64,000 nt of DNA from Octopus vulgaris (GCA_951406725.2 OX597815.1:126046001-126110000), one strand, 5' to 3'; positions 27,241 to 41,480 are shown, counted from the first letter of the stretch. Program-made: numbers and translations. Notes: generated by a model not told the origin, from the letters alone.

Positions 27241-27256
27241 TACAACAACAACAACA

Positions 27257-27340
<84 letters not shown>

Positions 27341-27342
<2 letters not shown>

Positions 27343-30300
27343 CACCAGGGGACGTGAAAACACCGGGGGACGTTTAAGATGTAAGAACGATAAAACAGAG
27401 CTCCGAAATCTATCCACAAACATCGAAAACAAGGACATCGTATGGAGCCAAAGATTTACAAACAAAAGATTGGACTGTATCTGAGTAAGTAATACTCGTT
27501 GAAATTTATTACTATTTTAGAAACGAAATTATGTATTTTGACTCGTTATCATCTCCACCTCTAACACAACACATGTAAACATGCGTGAAACATTACGACC
27601 CATCAACACCAGATCATCCCCGACCCCAAATACCATGTACAAAGGAACTACGAAGAAATTAAATACCACCGATATTATTCAACCCAAGAATAACAATCGG
27701 GAGGTACGTACAACACAAAATGTACAAAAAACTACACGTGCAAAACAATGTGACAACAGAAATGAACGGACCGGTACCCTACGAAAATGACGACCGTCAA
27801 AATAATGGCCCGGACGTTGTTCCTCATGTCCCGCAAATAAAACCCAAAAGACAAATGGACACGTGAAGAATATATTTCTATCCTACACGCATACTTCACA
27901 GCAGTGCTCTACCCATAAAATGAAAACACAACAACATATACATATAAAATATGGAAGGAAAATAACATAAATATGGACTTGGATACAGTAATGAACCCTA
28001 ATAAACTAGCTAATGTACGAAGACACATTCTCAACGCAAAAAAATATCAGAAATAGAAATAGAACATCTAAAAGAAAAAGTACACCTGGAAAATGTAGAT
28101 AGAAGCCATACAACAATGCCCAATAATATAAACACTGAAACAGTAAAACACGAAGACAGACGTAACATTCCCAACAAACACGATGTAAACAAAAAACAAC
28201 AAACCCAGACCGTAAGGATGCATAATAATACATGACAAACAGCAAGCCAAAACACGGCAAACAAACATATAAATAAGAAAGAAAGCGACACAAATCTAAA
28301 ACCTGGAAACAACGAAGGGGAGCCTAATGATTATGATAATATAAAAAGTAAAATAATCAAAGAACTGAAAACCACAGAGCTCAAAATGGGCTACCGACCA
28401 TACCTCCCAAAAATCAAAATAGACGAAACAACACCAATTATAAACAGCATAAACCTAGCCGTCACGGAACTAATAGCCACTGAAACAAAAAGCGATATCA
28501 CTGAGCTAAATGACTTAGTATACGCAGCAGCCACTGCAGCCACAAAAGAAGCTGGATACTCACTCAAACCCATCCAAACAGGAGTACCACCACCCAAACA
28601 AACCCTGTGGATAAATAACATCCAAAACAAAATACAAAAAATGAGAAAAGATATGTCGATTCTTAATGAAATCAGCAGACAATCAACGCTACTGAGCAAC
28701 AAAAAGAAAACAAAAATACTCCGCAAATATAACATCACAGAAAAAGATTTACCTTAGATAAAAGAAAAGCTGAAGCAAGATATCCTTGCCAAAGCACAAA
28801 GGATCCGCCGTTACGAGAAACGCCAGCGCTTCTTTGAACAAAACAAAAAGTTCAACTCCAACCCCAAAACATTCTACCAAGAACTTGGCAAAAATAAAAT
28901 AGAAATCACTGCAGCACCAACGGCAGAAGAAGTGGAAGAATTCTGGAGAGAAATACGGTCGGCGTACGAACTACCAAAAAAAAGGAGTATCAAAACAACA
29001 AACTCAGCATCTGAGCAACTTTGGACCCCCATAACAACTGAAGAGGTCACCCAGGCACTGCAAAAACTAAGCAACTGGAAGGCACCTGGGCATGACAAGA
29101 TCCCCAACTTCTGGTTGAAATATCTAACAGGAATGCACAAAAAGCTGGCTGAAAATTTTAACAACATACTAGCAGAGCCAGAGACAATACCTGAATGGCT
29201 CACGAAGGGGAAAACTATTTTAATTCCCAAATCAAATGAAACAGCAAAACCAGAAAACTTCAGACCAATAACCTGTCTCCCTACAATGTACAAGGCATTT
29301 ACTGCAGTGATATCGCAAAGGTTGAACAAGCACCTGGACGAAAACAACCTGTTTCCAGAAGAGCAGCAAGGATGCTGTAAAGGCTCATATGGCTGTAAAG
29401 ATCAACAAATGATTAATAAAGCCATCACTGAAGACAGCCACAGAAAGAAGAAAGGCCTCAGTATGGACTGGATCGACTACAAAAAGGCGTTTGATAGCAT
29501 CCCCCACACATGGATCCTAGGAACACTAGCCATTAACAAAGTAGCACCAACAATTATAAAATTCATAGGGCACTCTATGAATAAATGGCAAACAGTGCTA
29601 CAGCTCCAAACAAAAGAGGGACTCATGAAAACCAAAGCCATCCCTATTAGAAGAGGAATATTCCAGGGAGACACGCTCTCTCCACTCATTTTCTGCTTGG
29701 CACTGTCACCTCTATCTGAATAGCATAGCACCTCTATGCTAAATAGAACTGGATGCGGATATAAATGTTACGGCAAAACGATCAGCCACCTTTTATATAT
29801 GGATGACCTAAAACTATACGCTGCAAATGACAAACAGCTGGAAACACTATTAAAGACAGTTCATGGATTTACCAAAGAAATAGATATGAAATTTGGATTA
29901 GAAAAATGCGCCAAAGTAACCATGAAAAGAGGAAAACTAGTTAAGAGTAGCAACATCACACTAGATAAAACCAATGAAATAAAAGAATTAGACCAAAGTC
30001 AAACTTACAAATACTTAGGAATCCATGAACTAGATAAGACACAGCACACACAACTGAAAGAGAAAATAAAAAAAGAATATTATAGACGAGTTAGATCAAT
30101 ACTAAAAACAGAGCTCAATGCTAAAAACAAGATAATAGGTATTAACACTTTAGCTGTCCCAGTTATAAGTTACAGCTACAATATCCTTAACTGGACACTA
30201 AATGAACTGACCAAAATAGATAGGAAAACAAGAAAAATAGTGACAGGATCTAGGATGCATCACCCAAAATCTGACACAGAAAGACTATATATACAACGTA

Positions 30301-31512
30301 TAGAAGGTGGTAGAGGCCTTATACAGCTGGAAAACTACTACAAAATAACCACCATAGAACTGCAAAAATATCTACTTCAGAAGGAAGGAAAACTGATACA
30401 AATAGCAGCAAAACACGAGCAAAACAAAAAAACTTTTTCTCAGTATTTAAGGAAGCTGACAAATATAAACAAGAAATCATACCACCTAATAAATATGAAG
30501 AAGAAGAAGAAGAAGAAGAAGAAGAAGAAGAAGAAGAAGAAGAAGAAGAAGAAGAAGAAGAAGAAGAAGAAGAAGAAGAAATAACAAAAGCTATAAAACA
30601 AATGAAATCCAAACTAAAAATAGAACAGCAACGAACCATGATAAAACGATGGCAAGAAAAGCCCCTTCATGGTAAATACTGGACTAAACTAAACGCAAAA
30701 GAAATAGACAAAGACAAATCCCAGCAATGGTTGAGAAGCTCAGGACTCAAAGCAGAGACAGAGGGATTTTTAATTGCAGCACAAGACCAAAGCCTCCCCA
30801 CCAGAAATTACCAAAAACATGTAATGAAAAGAAATATAACAAGTAACTGCAGAATATTTGGAGATGGACAAGAAACAATAAATCATATTATCTCTGGCTG
30901 CCCAGAACTGGCTAAGAAGGAATATATTCACAGACATGACAGAGTCGGGACCTACATACACTGGAAGCTATGCCAACATTATGGAATAACAACAGAAAAA
31001 AGATGGTATAGGCACACACCAGAAAAGGTCACAGAAAACGAGAAAGCAACCATACTCTGGGATATGCCGATACACACAGATAGAGAAATTAAGGCCAACA
31101 GACCAGATATAGTTGTCAGAGATCATGAAGAAAAAAAATGCTTTCTAATTGATGTATCAATACCGGCAGATGACAACGTGTCTATAAAAGAAATAGAGAA
31201 ACTTTCAAAATACAAAATACCTGGAAATAGAGGTAACTAGAATGTGGAATCTAAAAACAGAAACAATTCCTATCATAGTAGGTGCATTAGGCATGATAAA
31301 AAAATATTCAGACAAATACATAACAAAAACACCTGGACTTACAAACACATATAACATACAGAAAATTGCACTACTAGGCACTGCACACATCCTACGCAAA
31401 ACATTTTCCATACAATAACCGTCAGAGCATCACAACAAATCACAGCACATACCTAAGGCACACAGAGCTGCTATCGGTAGTGAAGTGAAAGCACGCTATA
31501 AAAATAAAACTA

Positions 31513-31516
<4 letters not shown>
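27341..31516 (+). mobile_element. Near full-length R4/Dong-clade non-LTR retrotransposon (family C); RT, CCHC knuckle and RLE; pseudogenised
   Basis: N-terminal KWTREEY motif; RT WKAPGHD...RPITCLPTMYK...GIFQGDTLSPL...HLLYMDDLK; CRIFGDGQETINHIISGC; HRHDRV; NRPDIVV...LIDVSIP. Stops at 28755 and 29721, frameshifts near 30430 and 31215, final stop 31416-31418. (TAA)n on both flanks. Confidence 0.93.
30497..30580 (+). repeat. (GAA)28 inside the R4/Dong ORF
   Basis: Reads as poly-Glu in the frame that continues into the 30602 ORF. Confidence 0.85.
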
Positions 31517-31570
<54 letters not shown>

Positions 31571-31911
31571 TACTTCATTTTTTGAACCAGTTGAAGACAC
31601 ACAAGATGTCGAAATATCGTTCACTAGATAACAATAGCACTCTTCTTTTAATTTTGACTGATAATAACAATAATAATAACAATAATAATGATAACAATAA
31701 TAATGATAATTTTCTTGACCAATTATATAGCAAGTGAATATTTTTATATATTCAGTGTATGTATATAATGCAACCCCTAGATTTACACCTTGTGGTTTGC
31801 TTAAGGAAGACATTTTTTAAAGAAGGAATAGTTTGAAACATTATTAATAATAGAATATTTTACAATTTGAATGACGTGTGTGTTTATATATTTTTCATGC
31901 TTCTTTTTCAG

Positions 31912-33280
31912 TTGGGAAGAAGCTCTCCGTGAAATGATCCCATCCGTCGTCGCACCGTATTGGGATGTTGCCAGAGATAGTGCCTTAGACGACCCAAGAC
32001 AATCTGTAATCTGGAGTTCAACATTCCAGGGTAGTTCTGAAGGATTGGTCACTGACGGTCCCTTTGCAGATTTCCCAACAGCTTTCGGCCCTTTACTCAG
32101 AAGCTATGGAGTTTTTACTCATCTTCCAGTATTCAGCGATATTAATCTGGTTTTTACACAGGATACGTTGGCTCAAATTTCTCAAATCACAGCAGATCAT
32201 GTCCGTTACATTTTCGAGATTTATCACAATAGTATTCATGACTGGATTGGTGGCACTGTTTCGATTCAAGCGTGGGCTTCTTTCGACCCAGCGTTTTTAC
32301 TGATTCATGGTTATGTTGATTATATTTGGCAGCGTTTTCAAGATAAACAGTTAAGAGACGGTATTAATATTACAGGGGATTATCCACTGTTTCATTCTCT
32401 GTTGCAAGGGACTGACTTTGAAGCAGACGATCCAATTGGCTTAATTGAAGGAATGTCCAATGCTGAAGCCGTAGCAGAATCCATCGTTTATAGGAATCTT
32501 ATTGACTATGAAGATGCTCAGTTGGAATGCGACCTTCAAAATCCTTGTCCATCTCAGTTTTATCAATGTGTGAATAACACATGCATATCAATGACAAGAG
32601 AGGCAAATTTATGTAACACATTGTCTCCGATACAGAATAACTACTGTGTCAACAAAGACTGTGACATTGACCAGTTTTCTTTCTTCGCAGTTGAAGTCAT
32701 CCACGAACGTCTCGAAAATGTGTGTGATATGGGCAACTTCCCAGTTAGGCAGCAGGTTGCTGATAAAGCTATGGATATTTACAGAGAAAGTGCATTGCTA
32801 ATACATCAAAGTAAATACACGAATACGCCGTCAGATATGTGTGGACGTCCGGCAGGTTGTTGTAAGCCAGTTGAAAGAGTTAATATCCAAACAATGGGTA
32901 ATGACGGCGATTTATGGCTCTACAGAGAATCAGCGTATGTTGACACACGACTCGCTGTCAGTCACTCACAAATATTCGTTGCAATGAGACGGCTCCCGTT
33001 TAGCCGGTTTTTTCTCAGTGCAGCTGATGAATATGGTAATCTATGTATCATATACCTCATCGACGATAACGGTAATAAAATCCGTTTAGAGAACAATGAA
33101 GGTGTAATAGTTTCAGAAGATGATCATCGAGTGAGAAGAACTTTAGCCGAAGCTGAACTCAATATTTATGACTACGACTCAAATAACAATGAATTTCAAC
33201 CAACTGTTCATCATGATCGATATTTGTTTTCGATTTACTGCAGAGCAGATCGAAACGAATTTAATTCGGGCAGTGAGTAA
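31912..33280 (+). CDS. tyr: Tyrosinase-like protein, coding exon 3 (CuB site and Cys-rich C-terminal domain)
   Basis: ttctttttcag| acceptor matching phase 2; WEEALR...PYWD...DGPFADF...FEIYHNSIHDWIGG...ASFDPAFLLIHGYVDYIW; stop TAA ends at 33280. Confidence 0.95.
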
Positions 33281-33399
33281 AACAGAAATTAAACACGAGA
33301 ATTACAAGTTTAGGCACATATAAAAATCTATAAAATATTTCTCACGCTGACGTTCAGTGACACAGATACATCCAGACATAAAAACAACACATGCATATA

Positions 33400-33459
<60 letters not shown>

Positions 33460-33500
33460 ATTTAACATAAAATATAAATTACTAAGTAGACAAGAACATA

Positions 33501-33536
<36 letters not shown>

Positions 33537-34263
33537 TGTATGTATGTATGTATGTATGTATGTATGTATGTATGTATGTATGTATAGACACACATAAGTA
33601 CACATAAATACATATTTACATACATATATACATAATGTATGCGTACGTACGTGTCGTATAGCTAGCTAGAGGCGATGGCCTCTTGGAGCTAATCAACGGC
33701 AGCTTTAGTCTTAGTCTTATACATACATGACGTAGGTGTCTGCTACCCCACGAAACTTCAAGTAACATGGAGATGAGTCAAGCTGTTTTTTTATAAGGAA
33801 ATAATAGACGCACTCACACAAACGCATACACACACACATACATACACATTAAAACACACGCTAACACATATACACTAACACACACACACTAATACACACA
33901 TATATATATGAGAATGTGATTCTTGTTAGGAAATAATTGATCCAATTCTTGGAATAATTTCTTCCAAGATCTTGAGTTAACATGTTAAGAGAATACTTAT
34001 TTTGGTCTTAACAATAATATAGGTAATACGAACATACACACGCACACACACACTCACACACACACACACATACACACACACGCATGCACTCACACGCGCA
34101 CACATGTATACATACATATATACATGTATATAAGTGTACATTTAAATATATGTATATACACATACACACTCACACACATACATATATATGTGTGTGTACA
34201 TACATATATATGTGTGTGTGTGTATTCGTCTTCTAAACACAAACTATAACTGACAAGTACTGG

Positions 34264-34338
<75 letters not shown>

Positions 34339-34949
34339 TCATCTTTTTTGGGGGGTTTCTAGAATGTCATGTATATAAACACAGAACAAATATGTTAACG
34401 ATATCTTTAACAAGAGAAGAAAAGACGTATAGAACATATTTTGAATACATCTTTTTAAATGATAAAACCCGTTGTGTTTTTAAAAATAAATAAAAAATAA
34501 AAGGAGAAAGAAAAACTGTATAGGAAGATGTATTCGTACAGTCCAACGAAATATATACATTTTTACAGCTATTAAATGAAATAAGTTCTGCTAGGAAACA
34601 AATACTCTGTCAATAATTTTCAATAAACTCTAATAAAAGCTTTCCGATTGAAAAAAAAATTAGTTTTCATTTCATTTTACATATACAACTTCTTTATGGA
34701 AAACCACTCTGTGAAAAACATGTTTCAATGAGTTATCATTTAAGTCTTTGTATCGTGGTACACTAAGCTTCTTAATATTTTCAGAGGAACACATTAGACA
34801 AAGGCACTAAGATTGGGCTAAATGTTTATTAAAGGAAAGAGAAACGTATAAACTAGATTTATTTATTCATTTACTTGCTAAATTTTTTAATGTTAGGCTT
34901 CCAGGAAGCGTGTTATAAACATCACTATCCATTTAATCTCTACAAATAC

Positions 34950-34980
<31 letters not shown>

Positions 34981-35021
34981 CATACATACATACATACATA
35001 CATACATACATACATACATAC

Positions 35022-35417
35022 ATAAGGTGATTAGAATCAAAATAAGTAACAAGGATATACAGAGGTAATGCAGTACGATCGTTTCACGCAACTACACATA
35101 ATTGAACAATGAAACCATTGCATCAATTTAAATGCAGAGCAATCCTCAGCTGCACAAAGACAGAATTTAATTAAATTAAAACAGCTGGACACAGTATAAT
35201 TTTACCTAAAATCTCCAAAAATGGAAGAAGTAAATTGATGTAATGGTCGTATTGCTTAATTAAATGGAGTTGCGTGAAACGATCGTACTGCATTTCCTCT
35301 GGATATCTTTGTTGCTTATTTTGATTCTAATCACCTTATTTTGAAATTGTATGGATAATACCGTACTAAATTTTGGTGCCTCAACTTAAGTACCATATTT
35401 ATCTGAATCTAAATTTT
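35022..35417. mobile_element. Fold-back Penelope-like terminus between (CATA)n tracts
   Basis: Imperfect arms 35022-35130 and 35231-35339; the right arm extends ~78 nt. Both arms contain GAAACGATCGTA. Confidence 0.7.
35069..35154 (-). ncRNA. Type I hammerhead ribozyme with long stem II
   Basis: Minus strand: TGCAG-CTGAGGA-TTGC...(ctgcat/gtgtag, aattga/tcaatt, caatg/cattg hairpin)...GCGT-GAAA-CGATCG-TA-CTGCA. Confidence 0.65.
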
Positions 35418-35458
35418 ACATACATACAAACATATATATACATACACATACGCACATA

Positions 35459-35489
<31 letters not shown>

Positions 35490-35524
35490 CATACATACAT
35501 ACATACATACATACATACATACAT

Positions 35525-37248
35525 AAACCAGACTTGCAACATCATCAATGATTTGACTGTTTCCCTATATCTGCCGAGGACTGTTACAGGTATCTAGGGT
35601 TGGATGAAAACATATCTTACAATAGCACCTGTAACAAAACACGTGTCACTAAAGAATATTACAGCCGGATAAAGAAAATTTGGACCTCAGAATTCTCTGC
35701 GTTCAATAAAACAGTTGCCCACAATGTGTTTGCAGTGCCAGTACTCATACCAACATCTAGGCTACTTGAATGGTTGCTTGATGAGAGCTGAGCTATTGAT
35801 TTGAAAACCCTAAAAATACTAACAAGCACACATAATTTCCACATAAACTGTGACGTAGACAGCCTCTGCCTAAAACGAAAACAAGGCGGCAGGTTTAACA
35901 TCGGTCCAAAATGATTTTGAATGTCGCATCATATCCCTTCGGCATCATATCCCATCGGCAACATTTTTTAACCACCAACTGTCGAAATACATCCCTGACC
36001 AAGTTTGCATACATGAGGCTGATAACATCATAAGATTTGGAAGGAAGCTCCTTGAGCAACATTCTTTGTGTGATAACCTAGAATACAGCCCCCCCCAAAA
36101 AAAAAAAAGCACGACTCTACCGCATCGTATCATCAGATGAAAGGATGAACCTATATGAGCAGAAGACTATGCAGGGATATGTTAATAGAAATCTCCGAGA
36201 TGATAGTAACATTGACTATGAAAGCAGTTTATCATGGACCAATAGCTAGATTACTACCTCCCGCTTTGAACGGTATGCGTTTACAATGCAGGAACAGGAA
36301 ATATCAACCAAATACTTGATGCACAAACGGGATAGATTCAGGAAAAGCAGTAAAATGTGAGAATCAATGCAGACTTTGTGGAATTAACAACGGAGATATT
36401 ACCTACATGATAAGCAGTTGCCCCAAAATGTCATCACGGTATTATCTGTTGATGAGACATGTAACTAGGCCACTTTATATTGAAATCCGTCAGAACGATA
36501 ACACCGAGGCCAAAGAAATAGGTATTGCAGAAGCCATAGCTACTCATAATAATAGAATGTCCCTGCGAAAACCTCAATAAAATGTAAACACAATAGACCT
36601 GATATAAAGATTTGGGATAGAGAAGAGAAACTGTGTAAAATTGTGGAAGTTAGCTGCCCAGCGGATGTCAACATAAAGCTGAAGATCAGTGAATAGCAGA
36701 ATACTTACGCTGAACTATTGAGAAATCTATATTTACTCTATCCTGGTTTATACCTGTAATCATTGGGGTTCTGAGATATGTAATACACTGCCTAAGTACC
36801 GATCTTGAGAAATTAGGCTTCACAAAACTAGAAAGGGAAAAGCTAATTCGAAGACTACAGATCCAATCCATCACTGGTGCTGTAAAAATCTGTAAAACTT
36901 TCCAGAAATTTATCATTTACATATATATGAGCATGTCTAGATAAGCAATAATATGCATGAGAATACATACATAAAACAAAATATACAATCTGCGCATATA
37001 CAAAAATACATACATACATGCATACATACATACATTCATACATACATACATACATAAAACAAAACATACAAATCTGCGCATATACAAAAATACATACATA
37101 CATACATACATACATACATACATACATACATACATACATAAAAAATACCCTGTTGTTGATGTTGAAATTCCAATGAAAGAGCCTTGGATCTAGGTTAGAA
37201 ACCGGTTCTTTCTCTATTGGCAAGAAATCTTGAAATAAACTGAATGAT

Positions 37249-37254
<6 letters not shown>
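35525..37254 (+). mobile_element. 5'-truncated R4-clade RLE retrotransposon embedded in (CATA)n
   Basis: YRYLGLDENISYN...KEYYSRIKKIWTSEFSAFNK..AHNVFAVPVL; CRLCG..ITYMISSC; HNRPDIKIWDREEKLCKIVEVSCPAD; 3' UTR with internal (CATA)n. A second 3' end follows at ~37285-37400. Confidence 0.85.
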
Positions 37255-37281
<27 letters not shown>

Positions 37282-38050
37282 CAAACAAAAATATCCTGTT
37301 GATGATGTTCAATTCTAATGAAGGAACTTTGGATGTAGTTTAGAAACCGGCTCTTACTCTATTGGCAAGGAATTTTGGAATAAAACTGAACAATGGCATA
37401 CATGATGGATGACTGCAACTCGATTTCGAGAAATGTTACATCTTGAGTGTTCTCTCAAACATCAGCAGTATAGATGTGACGCCGATGGGCGCCTCTTGCA
37501 GCAGGTGTTCCGAGACTTACCACCCACGCTGACACATGCCTTTATTGCATCGTAAAATTTTTCATTGAATGTCTTGCTTTTCTTAGCTACAGCCATCCAT
37601 AATGGGCAACATAATCTCTATTGAGACGTTAAAAATCAAAATAATGCCTGTGCTTGTAGCTTTTTAACTTGAAGAAAGGCCTTGCACGGGATTAAACTCA
37701 TTCTCTAAAAGACGTATGTATTTGCCCACGAAGGCCTAGTCTACATCATTGGACGCAACCGAAGATGCTATATCAGAAATTTCCTCCTCCTAGAGAGTTA
37801 AACAAACACTCGGTCTCTTACTCCCTCTTGATGGATAACCGTCGATACTTCTCAGTTCATTCGCCCTTTAACAGATTTGACAACTTGCTGGTTGTCCAGT
37901 GAAACCACCCTTCTTACGAAGCAGTGTTGGTAGGGTTGCTGGTTTAGTTCCCGACAGCCCGACCATGCAATACTGGATTACGCGTTAGAAGTAGCACTTA
38001 GAGTGACCTGTTACATACATAGACAGATACATACATACATACGTGTACGT

Positions 38051-38112
<62 letters not shown>

Positions 38113-39027
38113 AAAGATCGAATCTGAGATAGTGGTATATATCCTTATTTACCTCATAAAAAGTTTTGTTTTCGTCAGAGTTTACAAACGAATTCCCTTT
38201 TTTTTTAACTGCTAAATGTCTATCTTCTGCTAAATGTCTTTATGGAGCAGACTGCTACAGGTATTAAATCAAACATTTTTATCGCCTGAAATAAATCGTC
38301 TTCGAAAGTTTGGTGCGTCAAAATTATATTCATTAACATTGGTAAGTTTACTTCGAAGTTTCGCCTGTATTAGCTCCGTAATATTGCTTGGTAAGATGAA
38401 ACTTAAGTCTAATATAATAATTTTAGTATAGAGTGTAGGTAGTAAAATATAAAGAGAAGGGAAAAAGAAGCGTAGTACATAAGAGAAGAGCAGTGGGAGC
38501 ATAAGAAAGATCTACTTTGGGGTTAGTTGAGCTACTTGTAAATGTTCCACTGAATATGTATATTTGTAAATTATAATTATATGCATAACAATGAATTATT
38601 TATCTAAAATAAAAATCACACTTTCATTTTAACCCTCAATTTATTTTGCGAGATATCAGAATTTTCGTGACCTAGTCACTGATACGGTTGTGTAGTTACT
38701 GGAAAGTTCTTCTAGGTACAAAGAAGCTTTTCATGCTACAATCCCATACATCAAGAAGTGCACATTTCCACTCTCCTTTTAGATTAGTTTTGCTCTGATC
38801 TCATATCGACACTGGTAGCAACAGATGTTGAAGTGTTTTCCATCAAGAACCCTTCTATATTAATATCCTCTTTCTTTACAATATCCCTGATCGACATACC
38901 AACTTTGCAAAACACTATTGACGACTTTCATATTTCCAAATCCAATCTTTATCTGTTCATCAGTATTTTGTTTTCTTATCTTATGACCACTCATCATAAC
39001 CTAATCAAAGAGTTCTTCTTACAAGAA

Positions 39028-39611
39028 CATAGATTGTTTCGAAAATAATGGCCGATTTTATCGAGCTTTTTTTATCGAGCTTTTTTTATCGAGCTTTTTC
39101 ACCTTACCAATCTTCTGCAGATTGCGTGAGACTGTTGCTATACCGACACCAAATGCTGATGACATTTCTCTGACACTTTGACGTGGGTTATGTTCAACGA
39201 TTGCTTTCAATTGTTCATTGTCAAGACTGCATGACCATCCTCTACCTTCTTCATCTTCAAAGCTCACATTACCACTAAGGAATCTCAGAAACCACCTTCG
39301 TACTGTGCGATCACTTGTAGATTCCTCTCCCCATACTCTGTCGATATTGGCAGCAGTTTGGAAGGCATTGTACCCAAGTTTGAACTCATGCAAGGAAAGT
39401 AAGCGAAGGTCCTTTTTTGTCATGTTCATAACTAAGGGTGCCTATGTTTCAAGAATGTTTTCTGTCTGAAATAAGTATAAAATTATCAAAGAACATACAT
39501 CAATTATTAAGTATGTCGAAATTCACCTCAGATATGATTAAAATACTGTCATACAATTGCGTTTCAAAACACAACACTTAGAGCGGCCATTATTTTCGGA
39601 ATAACCTAATA
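39028..39611 (-). mobile_element. Internally deleted mariner element with TIRs
   Basis: HTH region MTKKDLRLLSLHEFKLGYNA...RTVRRWF...GKVKKLDK; TIRs ..cgaaaataatggccg (39040-39054) and cggccattattttcggaataacctaata (39584-39611). Confidence 0.85.
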
Positions 39612-40979
39612 ACAACATTATCTTCATCACCAACATCTTCACGCAAATTATAGTTTGAGTATATTCTTGGTGTTTATTATTTTTTTTTTACCTCTAACCC
39701 ATCAAAAACTGTTAAGCAAATGATTAAAAGACACATCTTCTTACTCCAATCCACAATGTCCACAATTTTGCATCCCTTAAATTGTTCAATCGCAGATATG
39801 CTATGTTTATGTAAGAAAATGACATTATCGAAAATACTCTAAGAAAGTCGACCAACGTCAATAAATGGAAGGTATTTATCTAGCACTGCAAGACATAAAA
39901 GTGAACATTTTGGAAGCAAAATAATGCCATTTATACATTGCATGGTCTACAAGCTTCCGTGCCTCTCCAATTTCAGCACAAATTTCAATTCCATTACCCA
40001 AAGATTCACTTCTCTGTAACCATGATATATTACATATAAGCAGTAGACTTGCTGATAAAATAATTTAATTACTCCCTGTTCGCCCTGAAACTCCGATTCT
40101 CAACCTAACTTAATTCATCTCCATATGAGCACAAATATTCACTCCGAAAACTCCTACGGCCATATCGGTCATCAAAATGACAGGAAGAATATGCTGCTCC
40201 TGCTGTGATCTACAGTCAGTGTAGCCCGAGTTGATATAGTCAAAACTTTTCACCAATCAAGTTTAGTCAAGCATGAAAAATGCAAACACTGTAACATCTT
40301 TAGGAAAACGAACAACGAGGAAAAGAAACAAGTGGAGTTGAAGAGTAAGTAGGTCCTGATCAAAAGCGGTCCAGTCGTGGCTATTGCATTTAGTGGGGGG
40401 GGGGGATTCGTAAAATTCTCCAGTTATAAATTATTTAGAACTATTATTATGGCATTCTTTCGATGTGGCTCGACGGGGTCGGGACATTTCGGTTTGGGTA
40501 TTTCCGTGGAAGCAAATGACAGTTTGATTCTGTTTTCTGCTTGGAAATTTGCGGATTTTACATACACACGTGGAAACAGGTAAGAAACAAATATGCAAGG
40601 CATTGCTGGCATAATTTCGTTATATCTATACTCCACAACTCACGGAAATACCCGAAGTGAAGTGTTTTGATTTTGTCGAGTTGTATCGAAGGAATGCCTT
40701 ATTATTATCCAAAGTTTGCTTTTCTTAAAGCTGTAGGCTATAATTTCATCCTTTCGGGATCAATAAATGAAGTACCAGTTTCACACTGGGGTCGATGTAA
40801 TTGACTTAATCCCTTTGTCTATCCTTGTTTGTCCCCTCTATGTTTACCCCTTGTGGGTAATAAAGAAACATATAATATGAAAATTTGGCTGTTTGGTCAG
40901 TGCAGCCCGAGAAAGGGAGAGTATTGAATAGTTTGGTTCTATCCGAACCAAACTATTCAATTTTCTTTCCCTCTTTTCC

Positions 40980-41042
<63 letters not shown>

Positions 41043-41129
41043 TCACTCTCTCTTCCTCTTCTTTTTCCCCCCTCTTTCCCATCATCTCCTCCTCTCTCCC
41101 TCTCCCTTTCTCTGCTAATATGCACGGAT

Positions 41130-41480
41130 GCACAAAATACTTCGACCCAATTCCAAGAGGTGCAACTCTCATTTCCAATGTAGCAAAGGTTATGAAAACA
41201 GCTTTAAACGACCACCTCTTTCATAATCTCAGAGAACTGCCCCTCTTTTCTGACCAACAGCATGATTTTCCTACTACCAAAAATAGTAAAAACTTGCTTT
41301 CATACGAGGAATTTAACAAAATCTGTAGACTGAAATCTGTTACTGTCCTTAATATCAGAAAAAAACCTTCCGTCTATCATTTAAATCGAAAGTTTTTTTG
41401 TCAGCTCATTCATTCATAGTCAGCATCAAGAAGGCTCTCCTTGGCTATCATATCAACTCTGATTTATTTCAGAGCTCAAT
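41130..41480 (+). mobile_element. Decayed CR1/Jockey-type LINE RT fragment
   Basis: LISNVAKVMKTALNDHLFHNLRELPLFSDQQHDF resembles the PISLL..KVFE..LSD.QYGF region. Confidence 0.5.

Noticed and set aside
30480-30584. Poly-Lys C-terminus of ORF 29736-30584
   Set aside because: Frameshift artefact; the element's true frame reads poly-Glu and continues.
31871-31911. ATG at 31871 as tyrosinase start
   Set aside because: It lies in the intron's polypyrimidine region; the protein would lack CuA and the signal peptide.
37400-38010. Possible LINE 5' UTR or ribozyme on the minus strand
   Set aside because: Only vague resemblance; the CTGATG...GAAATCGA core is broken.
40377-40636. Possible exon with CAG|GTAAGA donor at ~40579
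   Set aside because: No recognisable protein or partner exons.
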